A DNA stretch of 64,000 bases from Myxococcota bacterium (GTDB lineage: Bacteria > Myxococcota_A > UBA796 > SXON01), in NCBI GenBank assembly GCA_040386535.1, contig JAZKFH010000005.1, positions 70,058-134,057 of the forward strand, read 5' to 3'. A program made the position numbers and the translations under genes. Shown one piece after another: positions 8,549 to 17,435 of the stretch. Every line of letters begins with the position of its first letter. The first letter of the stretch is position 1. The notes under the pieces are model-generated. The model had not been told where the DNA came from and made no database searches. It saw only the letters and a list, made by a program, of their open reading frames with translations.

Positions 8549-10210
8549 TCACCTCCCCCGCGCCACCCACGCCGCCGCCCCCTCCTCCAGGATGCCCATG
8601 GTGGCGGTGTTCGAGGGGGTGCGCGTGTAGCTGGCTTCCACCCCGGGGTTCTCGGCGCGCATCCACGCCAGCAGGGTCCCGGCGACGCGATGCGGGAGCA
8701 CACGGCAGGAGCACACCCACGCGACGAGGCGGCCATCGCGCACCACGCCGACGCTGACGAGGCCGTGATCTGCGAGACGATCGCGGCACGTCGCGACCCA
8801 GACGCCCTCGGCCCCGTCGAGGACGGGCCGTTCGCCGTTCAGATCGAGCTGGTGCGCCCGTTGGAGCAGCTCGCGGGCGCGCGGGAGGTCCTCGGGGCGC
8901 GCGGGGCGGACCGTCGCCACGATCGCGAGCCCGTGCAGGAACGCGGTGAGGCCCGGCCCCTCCGCGCAGACCACCGCGGCGCGGCTGCGGTAGGACGCCA
9001 CCCGTCGTGAAGCCGCCTCACTCGACCCCCACACGACGAACGGCGCCTCGTGCAGGAGCGCCGCGCGGAACCGCTCCACAGGCACGTCGAGGACGAACAC
9101 CCCGGGGGCGTTCGCGGCGACCTCGGCGCGCTCGAACGCCGCGTCGTCGAGGAGCGCGAGCGTGTCGAGGCCGATGCCGAGCGTCTCCGCGATGGTGCGG
9201 CACATCTCCGACTTGGGACCGAAGCCCGCCTGGATGACGACGAAGTCGTCGGGGCCGAGCGCCACGCGGTCGAGCACGACGGGGTGCGCGGAGTACGCGG
9301 CCGCGGCACGCTCCGCGGGCAGGTCGTCGTAGAGCGCGGCGTACATCCCCGTGTTCGCGTCGGGCGCGACCGGGCGCTTCCGGAAGCGGGCCGCCACCAC
9401 CGCCGGATCGTTGCGCGTCGCGAGCGCCAGGACGATGCCGCGGCGTTGCACGATCCGCAGCGCCTCGTGCAGCCCACGCCGCAGGCCCCACCACCCGTGG
9501 AGCAGCGGCGCGCCCGGCCCCTCGCCCTCAGGCTGATACGCAGGGTTGCGGGCGGCGAAGTCCGCGTCGGTGATCCGGCCGTGGACGAGCGTGTCGTCCA
9601 GGTCGACCACGACACACTTCACCGGGCCGTGCACGCGGGCGTGCCAGAGCGCATGGAGCGCGTCGGCCTCGACGCCAGCGGGATCGTAGGAGCCGGCGCC
9701 CCCACCGAGCGTGGCCTCGCCGTGCCCGAGCGCATGGTCGACCTCGTCGGGCACGATCCCGTGGCGCGCCCACAACGCGGCGACGTCGAGCACGCGCTCG
9801 CCGCGGGTGATCGCCTCCAGGACATCGAGCGCGTCGACCAGATCGGGCGGCAGCGGGGCCGCGGGCCCGAACGCGCCGCCGAGGGGGCGTCGCAGGCCGC
9901 GGTACAGCACGGGCCGCCCGCGCAGGGCCGCCACGACCGCGCGCATCCCATCGAGCTCACCAGGGTCGAGCGCCACGGCCAGGCCGGCCACCGCGGCGCT
10001 CACGAGCGGGGCGAGCCGGTCCCAATCGTAGAGGTCCACGTAGACCAGGGCGGGATCGAGCCGCTCCACGAGCTCGACCTGGGTCCAGCCGGCCACCACC
10101 ACCTCGGCGCCCGTTCGCGCCCGGAGGGGCGCGGCGAGCCGCAGCAGGCCACAGCGCCCGAGGAGCAGGATCGGGCGCTCCATCGGGGCCTCCGCGACGG
10201 GGAATAGCAT
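8549..10210 (-). CDS. FkbH-like HAD-IIIC phosphatase/acyltransferase (start 10210 or 10183)
   Basis: KCVVVDLDDTL, GIVLALATRND, LLDDAAFERAEV, LLQRAHQL, DRLADHGLV and CSCRVL motifs. Confidence 0.8.
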   Translation of the reverse strand: MLFPVAEAPMERPILLLGRCGLLRLAAPLRARTGAEVVVAGWTQVELVERLDPALVYVDLYDWDRLAPLVSAAVAGLAVALDPGELDGMRAVVAALRGRPVLYRGLRRPLGGAFGPAAPLPPDLVDALDVLEAITRGERVLDVAALWARHGIVPDEVDHALGHGEATLGGGAGSYDPAGVEADALHALWHARVHGPVKCVVVDLDDTLVHGRITDADFAARNPAYQPEGEGPGAPLLHGWWGLRRGLHEALRIVQRRGIVLALATRNDPAVVAARFRKRPVAPDANTGMYAALYDDLPAERAAAAYSAHPVVLDRVALGPDDFVVIQAGFGPKSEMCRTIAETLGIGLDTLALLDDAAFERAEVAANAPGVFVLDVPVERFRAALLHEAPFVVWGSSEAASRRVASYRSRAAVVCAEGPGLTAFLHGLAIVATVRPARPEDLPRARELLQRAHQLDLNGERPVLDGAEGVWVATCRDRLADHGLVSVGVVRDGRLVAWVCSCRVLPHRVAGTLLAWMRAENPGVEASYTRTPSNTATMGILEEGAAAWVARGR

Positions 10211-11478
10211 GGGCGGGTGGCGCACGGGTGCCGTGTTGGAGGGGAGCCGGGGTGGTGCGCGGCACCGGGGGAGCCGGCCGGGCTGGCCCACGACTCCGCT
10301 GTCGACGTGAGCGACCGGGCTGGCACACCGGTCCGCTGCTCACGTGAGCGACAGCGCTGGCGTACGGGTCAGTCTCGGCGGGGCGCCATACGGGAGCCGC
10401 CGCGGAGCACCCTCGCTCGTCACGACGCAGCCATGCCCCCCTCAACGCACACAATCCGAGGTCATGCCCCCGCGAATGACCGTTTTTGCGCCGGGCGGGC
10501 CCGCTGGCCGCGACCGCGCACCGAAAGAGCGGTGTTCGTCCGTTCGCGTGGTTGGCGTCGCCACAGCGGACCGGCGTTCACCCAGGCATGGGTCGAAATT
10601 ACGTGCATTCGAGCCGGCATGACCCTCTTCCTGCTCCCCGATCCACCGAGGCATGCCCCGCCCCCGACGCCACACTCCCCCATGTCCCCCTCGACCGCCT
10701 CCGCCAGGACGGCGTCCTCATGCTCACCGCCCTGCTCGACGACATCGCGGGCGAGCCCGGCGCGGCCGTGTGGAGCCACCCCGCGGGCGATCTACGCCGC
10801 GGCCGAGGCGCTCGACGCGAGCGACGAGCGCTCGCCTCCAAGCTCGAGGGCCGCGTCACCCGAGAGCCTGACCGGAATTCCTCCCGTCGCCCCGCTGGAC
10901 GCCTCCGGCGCCGGCCGCGCTCCGGTCTCGATCTGAGCGCCCCCGGAGGTGCGCCATCGGCCGGAAGCGCGGCGGAGAGCGATGGGGGGGTGGCGCACGC
11001 GTGCGCTGACGCGGCGCCCGCGGCTACCAAACACAGTCAAAGTCACGGCGATCGGACTCAGTCAGGCTCTGCGCGCTCCGGCCGTTCCTGGCGCGGGTCG
11101 TCGACGATCCGACGTGGCGGGCCACAGCGATCGCGGCGATCGATCCCGCCGCGCGCGCGCTCCTCTCCGAGATCGCGGCCGCCGGCGCGGTGCGGAGCCC
11201 ACGAAGTAGCGGCGCGAGGCGCTCGAGCGGCACCTGCTCTGCGACGCGGAGTCCGTCCACGAGGGCCGCCACGTCATGGTCCTGCGACCGTGGCGCTTCG
11301 CGGGCGCGCCCGCGGACGTATCGCTCGAGGAGGCCCTGGGCCGCATCCGCCACGCCTGCGGCGGACAGCGCTGCGGGCTCGACTAGAACACACGCCGCTC
11401 GCGCCGCCTCCCCGTCGCCGCAGCGGCCGCGCCGCGCGGTCCGTCTGCCCTGTTCCCGACTCCCCTGCTCGGGCTCCC

Positions 11479-12504
11479 CTACCCGAACCGGCCCGGCGCG
11501 AACACCGCGGGAAGAGGCGTGCCGTCGAGCACGGCCGCGGCCATCCACTTCGCGGTGATCGGCGCGAGCAGGATGCCGTTGCGGTAGTGGCCGCTCGCGA
11601 CCCACACGCCGCCGACCTCGCCGACGAGGGGCAGATCGTCGGGGGTGCCGGGGCGGAAGCCGGACCATGCGCCGTCGAACGTGGCGGCGGCCAGATCGGG
11701 CACGAGCGCGAAGGCGGTGTCGAGCACGCCGCGCACGCCGCCCGCGGTCACGCCGCGCGCGAACCCGACCTCCTCGACCGTGGCGCCAACGATTACGCGT
11801 CCGTCCGCGCGGGGCACCAGGTAGCCGCCCGCGCCGAAGATCACGTGGCGGATGGGCACGCCGGAGAGCGCCGCGAGCTGGCCGCGCACCGGGCGCACCG
11901 GGAGCGGCGCGAGGCCGGGCACCTTCACGGTCCACGCGCCGGCGCACACGATCACGCGCCCCTCGACACGCTCGCCGCTCACGAGCGTGACGCCGCGCGC
12001 GTCGACCGCGCCGACCTCCTCGCCGACCCGGAACGTCGCGCCCGCGGCCCGCGCCGCCGCGTGCACCGCGGGCAGGAGCTTGCGTGGATCGAGCGTGGCC
12101 TCGTCGGGGAGGGACCACGCGCCGCGCACGCCGGGGGCCAGGCCGGGCTCGATCGCGCGCGCGGCGTCGGCGTCGAGCCAGCGTGCGTCGACGTCGGGGG
12201 CGTCCAACGGCTCGCCCGCGCGCACCACCCTGAGCGCGCCGGTGTGGACGAGCCCCACATCGGCGCCGAGCGAGGCCACCCACGCCGGGTACAACTCCAG
12301 GCTCTCGACCCCGATGCTGCGCAAGGGCTCGCGACCGTGGGCCTCGAGCCGCGGCGCCAGGATCCCCGCGGCCGCGCTGGACGCTTCTGCCCCTACGATC
12401 GCGCGCTCCAGCACCTCGACGGCCCCGCCGCGCCGCGCGATCTCCAGCGCGACGGCGCAACCGAGCAGCCCCCCACCTACGATGACGACGCGGTCACGTT
12501 CCAT
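11479..12504 (-). CDS. thiO: Glycine oxidase ThiO / DAO-family FAD oxidoreductase
   Basis: VIVGGGLLG, ASSAAAGILAP, PVRGQ, YLVPR, GFRPGTPD and GHYRNGILLAP motifs. Confidence 0.88.
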   Translation of the reverse strand: MERDRVVIVGGGLLGCAVALEIARRGGAVEVLERAIVGAEASSAAAGILAPRLEAHGREPLRSIGVESLELYPAWVASLGADVGLVHTGALRVVRAGEPLDAPDVDARWLDADAARAIEPGLAPGVRGAWSLPDEATLDPRKLLPAVHAAARAAGATFRVGEEVGAVDARGVTLVSGERVEGRVIVCAGAWTVKVPGLAPLPVRPVRGQLAALSGVPIRHVIFGAGGYLVPRADGRVIVGATVEEVGFARGVTAGGVRGVLDTAFALVPDLAAATFDGAWSGFRPGTPDDLPLVGEVGGVWVASGHYRNGILLAPITAKWMAAAVLDGTPLPAVFAPGRFG

Positions 12505-12576
12505 GGGCGAACCCGTAGCGGTTGCGGCCCCGGCTCGCCAGCGTGATAGTGCCGGCCCGTATCGGAGGCCTAGCCC

Positions 12577-14889
12577 ATGCTCCTCGCCCTCGTCTCGCCG
12601 GTCCTCGCGGGCCTTCTCGTGAACGAAGTGGTCTACGACCCGACCAGCTCGGACGACGGGCTGGAGTGGATCGAGCTCTGCAACAACGGCGCCGACGTGA
12701 TCGACCTCACGGGGTACACGTTCGAGAACGCGGGCTCCAGCTACACCGAGGTGTACACCTTCGCCGACGGCTCCCTGGCGCCGGGCGAATACCTCGTGGT
12801 CGGCGGCGGCTCCAGCACCCACGCGGGCAGCTTCTCGCCCAACCTGCAGAACGGCAGCACGGAGACGGACGGCCTGCGGATCAAGGACGCCACCGGCGCC
12901 GTGATCGACACCGTGCTCTACGACGATCCGAACACCTCGCTCGCCGAGGACGACGGCACCGTGCCCACCACCGGCGGGCCCGCCGCGTCGTCGGGGAAGT
13001 CCATCGGCCGCTTCCCCGACTGCGCCGACACGAACGTGTCCGAGTCGGACTTCGTGCTGTACGACGCGCCGTCGCCGCTCGTGGCGAACGTCGACCCCAA
13101 CGAGGGTGACGAGGACACCGGCACGGTCACGACGATCGACTGCACGGGCGCCGACGGCATCGTGATCAACGAGCTGATGGCGAACCCCTCCGGCAGCGAC
13201 AGCGGGCTGGAGTGGATCGAGGTCAAGAACACCGGCGCCGCCGCGGTGATGCTCGACGGCTGGACCGTGGAGTGGGACACCTCCTCGTTCACCGGCGCCT
13301 CCTCCTGGGACTTCCCCGTCGCCACCACGCTCGAGCCCGGCGCGTACGTCGTGGTGGGCGCGGGCGGCCTGGCCGCGTCGCTCTCCCTCGGCAACGCCGG
13401 CTCCAGCGCCGACGGGCTGCGCATCGCGTGTGACGGCGCCGCGGTCGACACCGTCATCTACGGCACCACCAACAGCGACGCTTTTATCGACGACACCGGG
13501 CTCGTCGCCGTGTCGCTCGCGCCGAAGCCCACCGAGGGCAGCTCGCTCCAACGCGCGCCCGACGGCCTCGACACCGACGTGAGCGGCGTGGACTTCGTGT
13601 CCGGCCCCGCCACGCCCGGCGCCGAGAACGGCAGCGTCGGCCCCGTCGGAGACGCGGACTGCACCGGCAGCGACGGCGTGGTCATCAACGAGCTCGCCTA
13701 CACGACGGACGCCGAGTGGGTCGAGCTCTACAACGCGGGCTCCAGCGCGGTCACCCTCGACGGCTGGGTGCTCGAGTTCGGCACCAGCTCCTACAACGTG
13801 GACGCCGAGATCCCCGCGGGCGCCACCCTCGCCCCCGGCGACTGGTTGGTGATGGGCTCTCCCGGCGCCCTCGTCAAGGACATCGAGCTCGCCATGAACC
13901 TCGGCAACGCCTCCAGCACGGACGCGCTCCGCCTCACCTGCAACGCGCTGCCGGTCGACACCGTGGTGTACGGCGACCCGAACACCGACCTCTGGGTGGA
14001 CGACTCCGGCGCCGTCGCCACCTCGTTCGCGCCCGATCACGGCACCGGCGCGTCCATCGCGCGCGTGACCGACGGGTACGACACCGACGCGTGCGGCGTG
14101 GACTTCATCGAGTCCTCGGTGCCGACCCCGGGGGACGCGAACCCCGTCGTCGAGCCCGCCGTGTGTGACGTGGCGGGCGCCGAGGATCTGAAGATCAACG
14201 AGTTCATCTACGACACCGACGGCGCCGACGGCGGCAACGAGTGGGTCGAGCTCTACAACGCCGGCAGCACCACGCTCCGCCTCGACGACTACACGCTCCA
14301 GGTCGCCGGCACGACCTGGGGCGAGGACTTCCGCTTCCCCGGCGGCGTGTCGCTCGCGCCGGGCGAGCTGGTGCTGGTGGGCGGTGAGAACGTCGACGGC
14401 ATCGACTTCCTCGCCGACGGCCTCTCCCTCGACAACGCCGGCTCCGGCGCGGGCGGGCTGCGCCTGCTCGATTGTGAGGGCGGCGTGCTCGACACCGTGC
14501 TCTACGGCGACCCCGAGATCGAGGACGACATCGCCGGCGACAACGGCAGCCTCGAGGTCGTGCCGAAGGTGAGCGCGGCGTTCTCGCTCGGCCGCTTCCC
14601 CGACGGCGACGACAGCGACGCCGCCGCCGACTGGATCCCCTACGCCGACCCCTCCCCGGGCGCCCTGAACGCCGATCCCGCCGCGGTGAACGACGACACC
14701 GGCACCACCGGCCCCGGCGGCCCCGGCTGCGGCGGCAAGAAGGGCAACGCCCCTGCGCCCGGCGGTGGCTGCACCACGGTCCTGCCCTTCGGCGGCTTCG
14801 AGGTAGGCCTCGCGGCGCTCGCGATGTTGCGGCGGCGGCGTCGGACGCTCGGGCAGCCTCGGGACCCGAAGGGCGCGTCCCCGCGCTGA
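12577..14889 (+). CDS. Secreted protein with four lamin-tail-domain (LTD)-like repeats and MYXO-CTERM-like tail
   Basis: Four repeats of (V/I)NE...EW(I/V)E...LAPG...DTV(L/I/V)YG; tail GGGCTT, hydrophobic stretch, RRRRR. Confidence 0.8.
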   Translation: MLLALVSPVLAGLLVNEVVYDPTSSDDGLEWIELCNNGADVIDLTGYTFENAGSSYTEVYTFADGSLAPGEYLVVGGGSSTHAGSFSPNLQNGSTETDGLRIKDATGAVIDTVLYDDPNTSLAEDDGTVPTTGGPAASSGKSIGRFPDCADTNVSESDFVLYDAPSPLVANVDPNEGDEDTGTVTTIDCTGADGIVINELMANPSGSDSGLEWIEVKNTGAAAVMLDGWTVEWDTSSFTGASSWDFPVATTLEPGAYVVVGAGGLAASLSLGNAGSSADGLRIACDGAAVDTVIYGTTNSDAFIDDTGLVAVSLAPKPTEGSSLQRAPDGLDTDVSGVDFVSGPATPGAENGSVGPVGDADCTGSDGVVINELAYTTDAEWVELYNAGSSAVTLDGWVLEFGTSSYNVDAEIPAGATLAPGDWLVMGSPGALVKDIELAMNLGNASSTDALRLTCNALPVDTVVYGDPNTDLWVDDSGAVATSFAPDHGTGASIARVTDGYDTDACGVDFIESSVPTPGDANPVVEPAVCDVAGAEDLKINEFIYDTDGADGGNEWVELYNAGSTTLRLDDYTLQVAGTTWGEDFRFPGGVSLAPGELVLVGGENVDGIDFLADGLSLDNAGSGAGGLRLLDCEGGVLDTVLYGDPEIEDDIAGDNGSLEVVPKVSAAFSLGRFPDGDDSDAAADWIPYADPSPGALNADPAAVNDDTGTTGPGGPGCGGKKGNAPAPGGGCTTVLPFGGFEVGLAALAMLRRRRRTLGQPRDPKGASPR

Positions 14890-14896
14890 CGCGCGC

Positions 14897-14940
14897 GGCC
14901 GGACCGCTCCAGGCGCGCGGCGGAGCCGCTTGGTCCGCCG
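14897..14940. repeat. Dispersed ~44-bp imperfect palindrome (REP-like family 3), copy 1
   Basis: GGCCGGACCGCTCCAGGCGCGCGGCGGAGCCGCTTGGTCCGCCG; similar copies at 34957-35001 and 56791-56834. Confidence 0.55.
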
Positions 14941-15035
14941 CTGCCGCGTCGGGACCGGCCGCCACTGGCGGCCGCCTTCCGCGCGCCTCGCGCGGGAGCC
15001 GGTGATCGCAGGCCACGCCGCGTTCACGGGCCGCC

Positions 15036-15346
15036 GGGGTCAGGACCTGCGGAATGTCAAAACTTCGGGTGTAATTTCATCCAGTTGACGTTTCCGGAGC
15101 GCGCCTTGGGGTCAGGACCTGCGGAATGTCAATGGTTCCGCAGGAATTTCAGGGGGTTGGCAGCCGCGGACCCGGCCGGGGGGTCAGGACCTGCGGAATG
15201 TCAATGGTTCCGCAGGAATTTCAGGGGGTTGGCAGCCGCGGACCCGGCCGGGGGGTCAGGACCTGCGGAATGTCAATGGTTCCGCAGGAATTTCAGGGAG
15301 TTGGCATCCGCGTACGCTGCCATGGGGTCAGGACCTGCGGGATGTT
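15036..15346 (+). repeat. 72-bp tandem array A (5 cores)
   Basis: Core GGGGTCAGGACCTGCGGAATGTCAA starts at 15036, 15108, 15180, 15252 and 15324 (last one degenerate); units 2 and 3 are identical. Confidence 0.92.
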
Positions 15347-15558
15347 CGTCTCCTGCCGCGGCTTCAGGCTCCCTGCCGCAGGGCCGACCCCGGCTCCTGA
15401 CAGCGCCGCTCGCTGGGCATGCGCGGCCGGCGGGGGGCTGTGGCAGGCCGCTGGGCGGGCCTGGCGCCATGTGACCTCCGCGGGACCTGCACCCGGCGCT
15501 TGCCCCAACGCGGGCGGCGCCCCCGGCATGCGGCCGGCATCCGGGATCTGGCGTCCAC

Positions 15559-15810
15559 CAGGACCTGACCCCCGGCGCTGGCGTGCGAACGCCAAGTGCT
15601 CGGAATTACAGGGGAACATTTGAGGTTCCGCAGGACCTGACCCCCCGCGTCGGCGCGCGAACACCAAGTACGCGGAATTACAGGGGAACATTTGACGTTC
15701 CGCAGGACCTGACCCCCGGCGCTGGCGTGCGAACGCCAAGTGCTCGGAATTACAGGGGAACATTTGACATTCCGCAGGACCTGACCCCCGGCGCTGCAGG
15801 GCCTGACCCC
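15559..15810 (-). repeat. 72-bp tandem array B (4 cores plus a partial), inverted relative to array A
   Basis: CAGGACCTGACCCC at 15559, 15631, 15703 and 15775; the best unit reads GGGGTCAGGTCCTGCGGAATGTCAA on the minus strand. Confidence 0.92.
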
Positions 15811-16000
15811 GGCGGCTATGCCGCGCCGCCGACCACGGCCGCGGCCGCTGACCACGGCCGCGCCAGGTGCCTGGACGGCGGCCCCGCTTCGGGGCCGGTC
15901 CCGGCCTTGCTCCGATCGTGGAGCAAGGCCGGACCAAGGCCGCAGGCCGCGCCGGGAAGGGACCGCCCCCGCGTCTTCGCGGGGGGCGCCCAGAGGAGGA

Positions 16001-16453
16001 CTAGCGGGCTTCCGGGGGCGTGCACACGTCGCGGCACGGGAGGGGCTGCTCGCCGCTGTTCGAGGTCTCGCACTCGCCGGCCATGCGCAGGTCGCCACGC
16101 ACGCAGAGCTCGCCCGCGGCCTGCTGGTAGTCGGGGCAGGCCACCGCGTAGAACTCGGTGATGCCCTGGATGCAGAGCGCCTTGGTGTCGTAGCCCTGCT
16201 CGTCGAGGTACCCGCAGGTCTCGACGCTGTTGCAGTACGCGCCCGCGTGCGCCTCGACGAAGCCGTCGTAGGTGGTGAGGTCCGGCACGTCGGCGTCGGT
16301 GTCCGTGTCGGTGTCCGTGTCGGTGTCGGAGTCCGCGTCCGTGTCCGTGTCGGTGTCCGCGGCGTCCTTGTTGGGGCGCTTGCCCGAGTCGGTGGGCTCG
16401 CCGCCGGTGCAGGCGAAGAAGGGGAGGGCGAGGAGCAGAAGGAAACGGGCCAA
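16001..16453 (-). CDS. Small Cys-rich lipoprotein with DT-repeat linker
   Basis: TTG start with GGAGG RBS; FFAC lipobox; DTDTDTDADSDTDTDTDTDTDAD linker; 8-Cys helical domain. Confidence 0.7.
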   Translation of the reverse strand: MARFLLLLALPFFACTGGEPTDSGKRPNKDAADTDTDTDADSDTDTDTDTDTDADVPDLTTYDGFVEAHAGAYCNSVETCGYLDEQGYDTKALCIQGITEFYAVACPDYQQAAGELCVRGDLRMAGECETSNSGEQPLPCRDVCTPPEAR

Positions 16454-16489
16454 GGGACCTCCGAATAGGGGCAGTCTTATAGACGAGAT

Positions 16490-17377
16490 TCAGGTCAGCG
16501 GCCACACCGCGCGAGGCCAGTCGCCCAGTACGTGCACCTCGGGGACCAGGGACACCCCGGTCTCCGCGCGCACGCGCTCCCACGCGAGGCGCACGCATGC
16601 CATGACGTTTGCCGCCGTTGCGTCGCCGACGTTGACGATGAAGTTGGCGTGGCGCTCGCTGATCGCGGCGCCGCCCTCCTGGTACCCCTTGAGGCCCACG
16701 GACTCGATGAGGCGGCCGGCGTGGTCGCCCGGGGGGTTGCGGAACACGGAGCCGCAGCTCGGCAGATCGAGCGGCTGCGTGGCCTTGCGGCGCGCGAGGT
16801 GGTGCGCGATCCGCACCCGCTCGTCCTCGAAGCCCGCGCGGGTGAGCTTGAACACCGCCGCCGTGACGACGAACTTCGGCGGGAGCCCACCCTCGCGGTA
16901 CCGCATCGGCAGATCGGCGCGCGCGAGCGTGCACGGCCCGTTCGCGCCGATGCCCTCGATGGACTCGAGCACGTCGGACACTTCGCCCAGGACGGTGCCC
17001 GCGTTCATCGCGACCGCGCCGCCCACGGTGCCGGGCACCCCCGCGAGGGGGCCGAGGCCGGCGAGCCCGAGCTTCGCGGTCCGCCCGAGGAGCGCGGCGT
17101 TGAGCAGGCCGGCGCCGACGTGGAGCCGCACCACCCCGCCCTCTTCGGTGAGGATGCGGCTCTCGCGGAACGCCCCGCCCAGGCGCACGACGGTGCCGCG
17201 CAGCCCGGCGTCGGGGACGAGCAGGTTCGAGCCGTTGCCGAGCACGTGCAGGCCGGGATCCACGGCGAAGGCCGCGGCGAGCTCCGCGGCGTCGTCCACG
17301 AAGACCAGCCGCTCGATGGGCCCCCCGACGCGCCAGTAGCCGTGCCGGGAGAGAGGTTCTTCTTCGAGGATCTTCAT
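16490..17377 (-). CDS. murB: UDP-N-acetylenolpyruvoylglucosamine reductase
   Basis: LGNGSNLL, PGTVGGAVAMNAG, QPLDLPSCGSVFRNP and ISERHANFIVN motifs. Confidence 0.95.
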   Translation of the reverse strand: MKILEEEPLSRHGYWRVGGPIERLVFVDDAAELAAAFAVDPGLHVLGNGSNLLVPDAGLRGTVVRLGGAFRESRILTEEGGVVRLHVGAGLLNAALLGRTAKLGLAGLGPLAGVPGTVGGAVAMNAGTVLGEVSDVLESIEGIGANGPCTLARADLPMRYREGGLPPKFVVTAAVFKLTRAGFEDERVRIAHHLARRKATQPLDLPSCGSVFRNPPGDHAGRLIESVGLKGYQEGGAAISERHANFIVNVGDATAANVMACVRLAWERVRAETGVSLVPEVHVLGDWPRAVWPLT

Positions 17378-17435
17378 GGGTTCGGGCTCCCTAACCCGAC
17401 GCGCCACCGGCCCACCGGATCGGGCCCCGGTCTGG

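Noticed and set aside
11479..15027. 1182-aa ORF as a ThiO fusion
   Set aside because: The upstream part is antisense to the LTD gene; the real gene begins at ATG 12504 just before the Rossmann motif
15036..15810. CRISPR array interpretation of the 72-bp repeats
   Set aside because: The would-be spacers are identical or clearly related to each other, the two arrays are inverted, and there are no cas genes in the window
15085..16161. ORFs with 24-aa repeats (GSGPAECQ...) across the arrays
   Set aside because: A 72-bp period keeps several frames open on both strands; no RBS or codon bias, so the repeat is best explained at DNA level
16290..16360. Microsatellite or phase-variation tract
   Set aside because: Degenerate 6-bp units encode an in-frame Asp-Thr linker, so length changes would not shift the frame
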